A stretch of 64,000 bases of DNA from Bacteroidales bacterium (GTDB lineage Bacteria; Bacteroidota; Bacteroidia; Bacteroidales; UBA3824). The position numbers and the translations under genes were made by a program. Where the stretch lies: the NCBI GenBank assembly GCA_045597465.1, contig JAZLKG010000008.1, positions 15,859-79,858 of the forward strand, in the 5' to 3' direction. Below the pieces are notes generated by a model. The model saw only the letters and a list, made by a program, of their open reading frames with translations, ran no database searches and was not told the DNA's origin. Below, piece after piece: positions 37,455-45,162 of the stretch. Every line of letters begins with the position of its first letter. Positions within the stretch are counted from its first letter, which is position 1.

Positions 37455-38996
37455 CTACCACCTGGAGAGCACCTGCGTGAGGGCCAGGCTGGTAAGCGGC
37501 TTGCTGAGTATGATGTCGGAATAGGTGCGCAGGGTCTCTATCTGGAGGGGCTCCAGCGTGCCGTTGCTTATGAACGCGAACCTGATGCCGGGCCTTAGGC
37601 GGAAGATCTGCTCGGCGGACTCCACGCCTTCCAGCGCCCAGGAATAGAGGTCGATGATGGCCAGGCGTATGTCGCTGTATTCATGGATGAGCGCGGCGCT
37701 GTCGGCCTCAGACGAGCTGCGCACCACCTCTATGTCGTACTGAGCGGCAAAACGGTTGATGAAATCGAAATCGTCGCTGAATGGCGTTATCACCAGTATG
37801 CGGCCCTTCGACTTGCCGGAGTCCAGTATCTTCTGCACCCTCGCGAACACGTCGATATCGGTATCGGACGGTGTGGACAGCGGTATCTCCACCACAAACC
37901 TGCTGCCAACACCCTCGTGGCTGTCAGCCTGTATGTTGCCGCCCATAATCCTGGACAGCGCGCGGCAGATGGCAAGCCCGAGACCGGTGCCCTGATACTT
38001 GCGGGTAAGGCTGTGGTCGGCCTGCTGGAAAGCGTCGAATATGGTCTCGCGCTGTCTGGCGCCAAATCCTATGCCTGTATCGCTCACCGATATCCTCACC
38101 ATGGGGCCATCCACAACGCACTGCACATCCACGTGTCCCTCGTGGGTGAATTTGACGGCGTTGCTCAGCAGATTGCTCAATATCCTCACATAGCCTGCCT
38201 CGTAGCCGCCAATGAATCCGCTGCCAACACATTCCTGGAGCCTGATATCTATATTCTTGCCAGATTCGGCCACCTGCTGGCGGGCTATGGACACCGAGTT
38301 GTGGAGCAAGGCGTTGATATTGAATGTGGTGACTACAGGCTTTATATCGCCCACCATTATCCTGGAATAGAAGAAGAGAGCGTTTACGGTGTTGAGAAAC
38401 CGGCGCGAGTCACGGTTGATTATGTCAATGTATTCGGCCTTGCGGCTGTCCGACACCGATGAGTTTCTAAGCAGGGATGTGTATCCCAGTATGGTATTCA
38501 GCGGGTTGCGGAGCTCGTCGTTTATGTTGGCCATCAGCGATGCCTTCAGCTTGTCGCTCATCTCGGCGCGGTGCCTCAGCTCTCCAAGCAGCTGACGCTC
38601 CTCCTCAAGCTTGGTCTTGCAGGCGGCCACCTCGTTGCGCAGGATGGATATCTGCTGCTTGGCAAGTCCATAAGATTCCGACAGATGGGAAATGCTGGCG
38701 CTGTTGTCGGCAAGGATGCGGTCCTTGTCAGCCAGGCCGGACTCGGCAGCCATCAGTGTCTTGGTAAGTGTGTCGAGCTGCGCATCCAGCTTTTTCTGAG
38801 ACTCCGTGGCCTGGCTTACAGCCCTATGGCTGTGGGTCAACAGACAAAACGACGACATCAGCGCCAATATCCATAAGAATATTAGCAGGCTGTCGCGCAT
38901 GGGCAGCTGAGTGCACAATATGGCTATCAGCATACCTATCATGGAGAGCAGCAGCACTCCCGATTCCACCATTATATATATGACATGTTTCCGCAT
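37455..38996 (-). CDS. hybrid histidine-kinase-like protein (2 TM, coiled coil, HisKA-like, HATPase_c, receiver-like) lacking the canonical phospho-acceptor His
   Basis: The H-box position reads LMANINDELRNPLNTILGY, with Asp where His is expected. The N-box (LSNLLSNAVKFT), G1 (SDTGIGF), F (IFDAFQQ) and G2 (GTGLGLAICR) boxes are intact. The C-terminal REC-like fold has IIDL and SKPL. Confidence 0.8.
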   Translation of the reverse strand: MRKHVIYIMVESGVLLLSMIGMLIAILCTQLPMRDSLLIFLWILALMSSFCLLTHSHRAVSQATESQKKLDAQLDTLTKTLMAAESGLADKDRILADNSASISHLSESYGLAKQQISILRNEVAACKTKLEEERQLLGELRHRAEMSDKLKASLMANINDELRNPLNTILGYTSLLRNSSVSDSRKAEYIDIINRDSRRFLNTVNALFFYSRIMVGDIKPVVTTFNINALLHNSVSIARQQVAESGKNIDIRLQECVGSGFIGGYEAGYVRILSNLLSNAVKFTHEGHVDVQCVVDGPMVRISVSDTGIGFGARQRETIFDAFQQADHSLTRKYQGTGLGLAICRALSRIMGGNIQADSHEGVGSRFVVEIPLSTPSDTDIDVFARVQKILDSGKSKGRILVITPFSDDFDFINRFAAQYDIEVVRSSSEADSAALIHEYSDIRLAIIDLYSWALEGVESAEQIFRLRPGIRFAFISNGTLEPLQIETLRTYSDIILSKPLTSLALTQVLSRW

Positions 38997-39049
38997 CTTG
39001 ATAACTGAAAAACTTTTGCAACGGCAAAACTACAAAATTTTGCATTTTT

Positions 39050-39081
39050 TTTGCACGAAAACAAAAAAAATATTAACTTTG
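39050..39081 (+). promoter_or_regulatory. his operon promoter: -33 TTTG (39050-39053) and -7 TAACTTTG (39074-39081)
   Basis: The 20-nt spacing fits the Bacteroides sigma-A type consensus TTTG-N19-21-TAnnTTTG. It lies 30 nt upstream of the leader ATG. Confidence 0.6.
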
Positions 39082-39110
39082 CCGCAGAAATAAAATCAAA
39101 AGGCATTTAA

Positions 39111-39194
39111 ATGAAAACATTCTCATTGCATATCGCCCATATTCATCATCACCACCATCATCATGGCGGTGCAGAAGGCTCGTGCGATAGGTAA
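39111..39194 (+). CDS. hisL: histidine operon leader peptide (27 codons, 9 His of which 7 are consecutive)
   Basis: atg aaa aca ttc tca ttg cat atc gcc cat att cat cat cac cac cat cat cat ggc ggt gca gaa ggc tcg tgc gat agg taa translates to MKTFSLHIAHIHHHHHHHGGAEGSCDR. It is followed by a terminator and then hisG. Confidence 0.8.
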   Translation: MKTFSLHIAHIHHHHHHHGGAEGSCDR

Positions 39195-39253
39195 AAGAAA
39201 CTTGTTACGATTTCCGTAAAAAGAAGAGGATAGTTTCAGGATAAAATACTTTG

Positions 39254-39294
39254 GGCCGGATCGCACAAAAAATGCAGATTCGGCCTTTTTTTTG
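39254..39294 (+). terminator. attenuator-type intrinsic terminator downstream of the his leader
   Basis: 9-bp stem ggccggatc (39254-39262) / gattcggcc (39277-39285), including one G-U pair, followed by tttttttt(g)ttttt. Confidence 0.7.
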
Positions 39295-39297
39295 TTT

Positions 39298-39421
39298 TTA
39301 TCCGGAAATGGAAAGAATGGAAAAGAATACATTCTAAAAATATTATTAGAATAAAAAATTCTTTTAATTCTTTATAATTCTTTTAATTTTTGGATAAGAA
39401 AAAAAAGCCACCGAAGGTGGC
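39298..39421 (+). repeat. palindromic intergenic element, copy A (100-nt core 39298-39397, plus A-run and GC hairpin 39407-39421)
   Basis: TTATCCGGAAATGGAAAGAATGGAAAAGAAT ... ATTCTTTTAATTCTTTATAATTCTTTTAATTTTTGGATAA, then gaaaaaaaa and gccaccgaaggtggc. Homologous to 41642-41848 and to the reverse complement of 56102-56244. Confidence 0.85.
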
Positions 39422-39472
39422 CATTAACGTAGAACAAAAATAAAAGTATAACACATAAAACATTTAGCTAAA

Positions 39473-40336
39473 ATGGAAAGATTGAAAATTGCAATCCAGA
39501 AATCAGGTCGCCTCAGCGACAAATCTATCGAGCTCTTCGAGAAGGCCGGCATCTCGGCTTCCAACAACGGCTCACGTCTCCTCTTTGCGTCAGCCTCTGA
39601 CTTCCCTATCGACATCCTCTACCTCCGCGACGACGATATCCCACAGTGCGTGGCCGACGGCGTGGCTGATGCGGGCATCGTTGGTGAGAACGTGATCTGG
39701 GAGACAGGTCTCGACGTGCCAGTGGCTGAGAAACTCGGTTTCGGAAAGTGCCGCCTCTCTCTCGCCATTCCTAGAGACACCCCAAACTACGACGGTCTCA
39801 ACTGGTTTAACGGAAAGAAGATTGCCACCACATATCCCGGCATCCTCAAGAAAGTGCTCAACGACAACAACATCAAGGCCGAGATCCACGTAATCAACGG
39901 CTCTGTTGAGATCTGCCCAGTAATCGGCCTGGCCGACGCCATCTTCGACATCGTTTCCACAGGATCAACACTCCTCAGCAACGGCCTCGTAGAGAAGGAG
40001 AAAATGGTTTACTCTGAGGCTGTCCTCATCAAGAACTCTGGCCTGAGCGCCGAGAAGCAGGAAATCCTCGACAAGCTCCTCTTCAGAATCCACGCCATCA
40101 AGGCCGCCAAGAGCAACAAGTACATCCTCCTGAACGCTCCCAAGAAAAACCTCGACAATATCATAAAGCTCCTCCCCGGCATGAAGAGCCCATCGGTACT
40201 TCCATTGGCCGACGGCGAGTGGGTATCGGTACACTCAGTAGTACAGGAGAAGGAGTTCTGGGACATCATCGACAAGCTCCAGGAGCAGGGTGCCCAGGGT
40301 ATTTTGGTAGTTCCAATCGAAAAAATGATTCTCTAA
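39473..40336 (+). CDS. hisG: ATP phosphoribosyltransferase (long form)
   Basis: 287 aa. N-terminus LKIAIQKSGRLSDKSIELF, with a C-terminal regulatory domain present. Confidence 0.93.
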   Translation: MERLKIAIQKSGRLSDKSIELFEKAGISASNNGSRLLFASASDFPIDILYLRDDDIPQCVADGVADAGIVGENVIWETGLDVPVAEKLGFGKCRLSLAIPRDTPNYDGLNWFNGKKIATTYPGILKKVLNDNNIKAEIHVINGSVEICPVIGLADAIFDIVSTGSTLLSNGLVEKEKMVYSEAVLIKNSGLSAEKQEILDKLLFRIHAIKAAKSNKYILLNAPKKNLDNIIKLLPGMKSPSVLPLADGEWVSVHSVVQEKEFWDIIDKLQEQGAQGILVVPIEKMIL

Positions 40337-41613
40337 TGTTTGTAATCGACTATATATCAGACAAGGATTTCGAGGCAAGAAGCAAGCGTCCCGCAGCCAA
40401 GACCGACGACATAATCCCCATCGTTCAGAGCGTGCTCAACGAGGTTAGGAACGGCGGCGACAAGGCTGTGCGCGAGCTCACAATGAAGTTCGACAAGTCT
40501 TGCCCCGAAAACCTCCTGGCCTCGCAGGCCGAGATAGACGCCTCAGAGAACGACGTTCCCGAAGACCTCAAGAAGGCCATCGCCATCGCCAAGAGCAACA
40601 TCGAGAAATTCCACAAGAGCCAGATCCAGACCGAGCGCAAATTAGTGGAGACATCAGAGGGCATCGTTTGCTGGCAGAAGACAGTAGGCATCGAGAAGGT
40701 GGGAATCTACATTCCCGGAGGCTCGGCTCCATTATTCAGCACGGTTCTGATGCTTGCCATTCCTGCCAAACTCGCTGGATGCAAGGAGATTGTACTCTGC
40801 TCGCCTCCACGAAGCGGCGGAAGCATCAATTCAGTGGTTCTCTACTGCGCCAAGATCCTGGGAATCACTAAGGTCTTCAAGATTGGCGGAAGCCAGGCCA
40901 TCGCAGCCATGGCATACGGCACCGAGAGCGTTCCAAAGGTGAGCAAGATCTTCGGACCCGGCAACAGATTCGTAACCGTGGCCAAGCAGCTCGTGAACTC
41001 TTCGGAGTGCGCCATCGACATGCCAGCCGGTCCATCGGAGCTTGCAGTAATCGCCGACAAGAACACCAACGCCGAGTATGCCGCCGCTGACCTCCTGAGC
41101 CAGTGTGAGCACGGTCTCGACTCTCAGGTTGGCCTCTTCTGCAGCGACCGCGCCAAGACAATGGAAATCATCGCCGAGGCCGAGCGTCAGTTGGCTCTTC
41201 TGCCACGAAAGGAGATAGCAGCCAAGAGCTTCGAGAACAGTTTCGCAGTTATCGTTGACAGCACCGACAAGGCCGTAGAGCTCACCAATCTCTGGGCTCC
41301 CGAGCATTTGGTAATCAACACCGACGACTGCGACGCCCTCGCCGAAAAGGTGGTGAACGCAGGCAGCGTCTTCATCGGCAAATACGCCTGTGAATCGGCC
41401 GGCGACTACGCATCAGGCACCAACCACACACTGCCAACCAACGGCGCCGCCAATGCCTACTCGGGCCTCAATATGGACAGCTTCACCAAGAAGATAACAT
41501 TCCAGACCATCAGCGAGAAAGGCATCAAGACCATAGGCCACGCCATCGAGATAATGGCCGCCGCCGAGCAGCTGGACGCCCACAAAAACGCTGTTACCGT
41601 GCGCTTGAAGTAG
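40336..41613 (+). CDS. hisD: histidinol dehydrogenase
   Basis: Start overlaps the hisG stop (TAATG). Motifs SQCEHGLDSQ and GDYASGTNHTLPT. The ORF-track N-terminal extension from 40219 was trimmed. Confidence 0.93.
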   Translation: MFVIDYISDKDFEARSKRPAAKTDDIIPIVQSVLNEVRNGGDKAVRELTMKFDKSCPENLLASQAEIDASENDVPEDLKKAIAIAKSNIEKFHKSQIQTERKLVETSEGIVCWQKTVGIEKVGIYIPGGSAPLFSTVLMLAIPAKLAGCKEIVLCSPPRSGGSINSVVLYCAKILGITKVFKIGGSQAIAAMAYGTESVPKVSKIFGPGNRFVTVAKQLVNSSECAIDMPAGPSELAVIADKNTNAEYAAADLLSQCEHGLDSQVGLFCSDRAKTMEIIAEAERQLALLPRKEIAAKSFENSFAVIVDSTDKAVELTNLWAPEHLVINTDDCDALAEKVVNAGSVFIGKYACESAGDYASGTNHTLPTNGAANAYSGLNMDSFTKKITFQTISEKGIKTIGHAIEIMAAAEQLDAHKNAVTVRLK

Positions 41614-41643
41614 CCATTGCCGCCTACGGCGTCAAGGTTTTTT
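41614..41643 (+). terminator. terminator-like hairpin and T-run directly after hisD (left bracket of repeat copy B)
   Basis: ttgccgcc-tac-ggcgtcaa forms 8 bp with 1 mismatch, extendable by cc/gg, and is followed by ggtttttt. Confidence 0.5.
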
Positions 41644-41848
41644 ATCCGAAAATGGAAAGAATGGGAAAGAATTAAAAGAATTATTTGAACATAAATTACC
41701 ATGAATTAACACGAATTTTCAAAAAATTGTATCTAAAATTTATGAATAATTTATGTCAATTTATGGTAATTCGTGCAAACAAAAAATTCTTTTAATTCTT
41801 TTAAATTCTTTGAATTTTCGGATAAGAAAAAAAGCCACCAAAGGTGGC
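41642..41848 (+). repeat. palindromic intergenic element, copy B (184-nt core 41642-41825 with a roughly 100-nt extra central segment; GC hairpin 41834-41848)
   Basis: TTATCCGAAAATGGAAAGAATGGGAAAGAATTAAAAGAAT ... ATTCTTTTAATTCTTTTAAATTCTTTGAATTTTCGGATAA, then gaaaaaaa and gccaccaaaggtggc. The arms pair over about 41 positions with 4 mismatches. Confidence 0.85.
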
Positions 41849-41878
41849 ATTCCAAAATCATTTAATGGATACAAGAAA

Positions 41879-42907
41879 ATGGATTTGAACAAATTTATAC
41901 GCAAGAATATTCTCGACATGGAGGCGTATTCGGCCGCCCGCGACCTCGTGGCCAAGGGCGACTACATATTCCTGGATGCCAACGAGAACCCATTCGGAAC
42001 CTGGAACCGTTACCCGGACCCATTGCAGAAGGACCCCAAGGCCCTTTTGGCAAAGCTGAAGGGTTTCGATCCCGAGTGTATGGTGATGGGCAACGGCTCC
42101 GACGAGATTCTCGACCTCCTCTACCGTGCTTGCTGCAATCCCGAGAGAGACAATGTGATTTCCCTGGCTCCAAGCTACGGAATGTACTACACCTTGGCCT
42201 GCCTCAACAACGTGGAGTTCAAGGAGGTGATGCTGGACGACGATTTCGATTTCCAGGCTCAGGACATTCTCAGCCAAGTGAACCCAAACACAAAGATGGT
42301 GATAATCTGCTCGCCAAACAACCCAACCGGCAAATCTTTCGACGTGAAGAAGATTCTCGAGATTGCCAAGAACTTCGAGGGTTTTGTGGTGGTTGACGAG
42401 GCCTACAACGATTTCTCACCGATGGAGTCGTGCATTCCTTACATAAAGGACTACGACAACATCATGGTAATCCAGACCTTCAGCAAGGCCTGGGGACTCG
42501 CATCGCTCCGCGCCGGAGTCGGCTACATGAGCAAGGCAATGGCCGACATCCTCAACAAGATAAAGATGCCTTACAACATGGACGGCTTCACACAGAAATC
42601 GCTCGTTGAGAGGCTTACAAATCTCGACGATTTCCAGAAGCAGGTAGATTTCCTCATCGCTGAGCGCGAGAGACTCATGAAGGCAGTATCAGAATTGCCA
42701 TACATCGAGAAGATCTATCCTTCTGATGCCAACTTCTTCATGTTCAGGACCGCACGTCACAAGGAGCTTCAGGATTTCGTACTTAAAAACGGCATCATCC
42801 TCCGCTCACGCCACTCAATGCCAAAGTGCCAGAACTGCATCCGAGTAACAGTAGGCACCAAGGAGCAGAACGACAAACTGATAGAGATAATGAAGAAGTT
42901 TGAGTAA
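41879..42907 (+). CDS. hisC: histidinol-phosphate aminotransferase
   Basis: Start at MDLNKFIRKNILDMEAYSAARD (trimmed from 41753). PLP-Lys motif TFSKAWGLASLRAG. Confidence 0.9.
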   Translation: MDLNKFIRKNILDMEAYSAARDLVAKGDYIFLDANENPFGTWNRYPDPLQKDPKALLAKLKGFDPECMVMGNGSDEILDLLYRACCNPERDNVISLAPSYGMYYTLACLNNVEFKEVMLDDDFDFQAQDILSQVNPNTKMVIICSPNNPTGKSFDVKKILEIAKNFEGFVVVDEAYNDFSPMESCIPYIKDYDNIMVIQTFSKAWGLASLRAGVGYMSKAMADILNKIKMPYNMDGFTQKSLVERLTNLDDFQKQVDFLIAERERLMKAVSELPYIEKIYPSDANFFMFRTARHKELQDFVLKNGIILRSRHSMPKCQNCIRVTVGTKEQNDKLIEIMKKFE

Positions 42908-42970
42908 GAATCTGTAGAATATTGATACGGTCCGTACCTATGGCAGACATCTGCAATATCAGCCAACAAT

Positions 42971-43013
42971 AAAAAAGACAGAAGCGAAATAAATTTCACT
43001 TCTGTCTTTTTTT
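42971..43013 (+). terminator. intrinsic terminator after hisC
   Basis: agacagaag / cttctgtct 9-bp stem followed by ttttttt, with an A-run on the other side. Confidence 0.75.
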
Positions 43014-43030
43014 GTGATATATATAAAATA

Positions 43031-43072
43031 AAAGGTTTCCCAAATCTCGGGAGATTCAGGAAACCCTTTTTA
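43031..43072. terminator. second hairpin, serving as terminator for the convergent OMP gene
   Basis: ggtttcc ... ggaaacc stem with an inner aatctc/gagatt stem. T-runs on both strands. Confidence 0.6.
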
Positions 43073-43104
43073 TCCAAATCTAATTGCTATTAGCAATCAG
43101 AATA

Positions 43105-43962
43105 TTAGTCCATGTACTTAGGACGAGCCTTGTGAGCAACGCCGCAACCAGTGAAGTTGTGAGTAAAGTTGAGCATTACTGTTGGGTAGTAGTCGTTGGC
43201 CTCGCCACCACGTGGGTTAGCAGAAGTACCCTTGAGAGCGTTCTGGAGCTGAGCAACAACACCCTTGTCGGCAGTAGCACCCATTACGTTGCCAGTGAAA
43301 CCATCGATGTAGTCGGTGAAGCAGATGTGCTGGAGAACCTCAAGACCCATAGCAAACTTGTTGCTGAACTGGTACTTGAAACCAAGACCTGCAGGAAGAG
43401 TCCAAGTAGCGGTGTTGAAGTGACGACCCTCAACCTGGAGAGGACGAGTGTGGATCCAAACGTTCTGATCCTCAGCAGTTCTAATAGAAGACATTGGCTG
43501 GTAGAAAGCACCACCGAAACCAGCTGTCAAGTAGATACCCCATCTCTGACCGAAAGAAGACTCAGAAGTGATGTTCTTCATCTTGATAAGGTAGAAATCT
43601 ACCATAGCGTTGATGTCGAATACCCAAGTACGGAAGTTGGCACGACGACCGGCTGCATTGTCCTCAGAATAAGTGAAGTCACAATCAGAATCAGCATCGA
43701 AACCCTGCAATCTTGAAACCATTGCATTACCTCTGAGGTAGAAACGCTCAGAAATTCTGTACTGATAACCAAGTTCCATAGAACCATTGATGGTCTTGAA
43801 GCAAGGGAACATACCGTCAGAAGGACAGATGTCGGTCTGAGAGAGGTTTGCACCTACGCCCCAATAAATGCTGTGGCGGGCAGACTTCCAAGCTGGTGTC
43901 TGTGCGAACACACTGCTAACTGCGAAAAATGCCACTAAAATAAAGGCTATTGCTTTTTTCAT
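43105..43962 (-). CDS. DUF6089-like outer-membrane beta-barrel protein
   Basis: Signal peptide MKKAIAFILVAFFAVSSVFAQ. Paralogous to the next gene. ATC/GC3-rich codon usage. Confidence 0.65.
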   Translation of the reverse strand: MKKAIAFILVAFFAVSSVFAQTPAWKSARHSIYWGVGANLSQTDICPSDGMFPCFKTINGSMELGYQYRISERFYLRGNAMVSRLQGFDADSDCDFTYSEDNAAGRRANFRTWVFDINAMVDFYLIKMKNITSESSFGQRWGIYLTAGFGGAFYQPMSSIRTAEDQNVWIHTRPLQVEGRHFNTATWTLPAGLGFKYQFSNKFAMGLEVLQHICFTDYIDGFTGNVMGATADKGVVAQLQNALKGTSANPRGGEANDYYPTVMLNFTHNFTGCGVAHKARPKYMD

Positions 43963-44166
43963 GATTTTAATTATAATTATTTAATTATTTAATTGATTTT
44001 CTTATTCTTCTCATCTAGCAATTACAAATCAACACGTGTTCATGCTAAAATTCGACTGCAAATATACAAATAATTTTTCATTCGTGATATGTTTAGCAAA
44101 AAAAAATCAAAAAATATGCTTTTTTTTTTGTTATCACTTATTTTTCAATTCATTATAAGGCCACCA

Positions 44167-45084
44167 TCACCTGTCACCACCTGCGTTATTGAACAATCTG
44201 TAATATATAGTGAGCATGGTGGTAAAGTACGAATCATTGTAGCCAGGATTGCCACGTGGAGTGCCGGTAGAGGAAGACGGCACATCGAGCCTGCGGTCGG
44301 CAAACCACGCCGTATTGCTGGATGGTGGCTCCACTCCCATCTGGGCATAGTTGAAGTAATATGTGGAACAATCGTCGATATAGTCGGTGGTTGTAAACCT
44401 CTGGGCCAGCTCTATTCCTATCATCAGGTCTTTGGCCACCTGATACTTGAACCCCACGCCTATTGGAATGGCGGCTGCCGTAAGCTTGTACTGAGGTCCT
44501 GTCTCCACCACCTGGGGCCTGCCGTTGCTATTGGTCTCGAAACGCACTCCAGCCCCCTGTCCTTCGGTACACAGCGGCTGGAGGTCGAACCACTGATTCT
44601 GATACTTGCCCTGCGGATTGTAGTGCAGGAGGCCTATGCCAACAAAGAAATAGCCCGACCATCTTCGTTTCATTGAAGACGGATCGAAACGGCCTGTGTT
44701 CTCGCGAAGGAAATAGTAATCGAGTGTAACTCCCATGTCCAAGAGATTGCTCCTGAAATTCAGGTTGCGGTTGCGGCGGGATTCGTCCTTGGAGTTGGCG
44801 TCGTCGGCGCTCACCTTGGAGAATATGAGGTTGGCCCTGGCGGCAAGACGCTCGCTGAGCCTGTATCTGTATCCGAGCATGGCCGACATGTTAAGGAAAT
44901 TGGGATCCACATCGTCAAGGGCAAAAATGTGAGTGCCGTTTTTGTAGCCTCCGCCCAAATCACCCATAAAGATGTTGCATCCGGCACCCAGCAGAAAACC
45001 GTGACGGTCGCTGCGCCAGGTATTCTGGGCATGCGCCGACACAGCCACAAGGGCTGCCATAAATAGTAATAATAACTTTTTCAT
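44167..45084 (-). CDS. DUF6089-like outer-membrane beta-barrel protein (paralogue)
   Basis: Signal peptide MKKLLLLFMAALVAVSAHAQ. Shares blocks with 43105-43962 (for example GFKYQ, TDYIDD). Confidence 0.65.
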   Translation of the reverse strand: MKKLLLLFMAALVAVSAHAQNTWRSDRHGFLLGAGCNIFMGDLGGGYKNGTHIFALDDVDPNFLNMSAMLGYRYRLSERLAARANLIFSKVSADDANSKDESRRNRNLNFRSNLLDMGVTLDYYFLRENTGRFDPSSMKRRWSGYFFVGIGLLHYNPQGKYQNQWFDLQPLCTEGQGAGVRFETNSNGRPQVVETGPQYKLTAAAIPIGVGFKYQVAKDLMIGIELAQRFTTTDYIDDCSTYYFNYAQMGVEPPSSNTAWFADRRLDVPSSSTGTPRGNPGYNDSYFTTMLTIYYRLFNNAGGDR

Positions 45085-45162
45085 AGTAATGTACTGTGAT
45101 ATATCCGCACAATCATAACGCAGATATTGCGCAAAAATGTGCGCATCAGCCCAAAAAAAGAA

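Noticed and set aside
39123-39332. A 69-aa minus-strand ORF overlapping the his leader region.
   Set aside because: It is antisense to the His-codon run (read as MMMVVMM) and spans the terminator and the repeat. The plus-strand leader, terminator and hisG context explains the region better.
39306-39335. Mini-ORFs inside the palindromic elements (MERMEKNTF in copy A, MERMGKN in copy B), and the resemblance of ATGGAAAGA to the hisG start codon context.
   Set aside because: The peptide is not conserved in copy C (MGKNGKEFLR), and the lengths and stops differ. The similarity to hisG covers only 9-10 nt and is probably coincidental.
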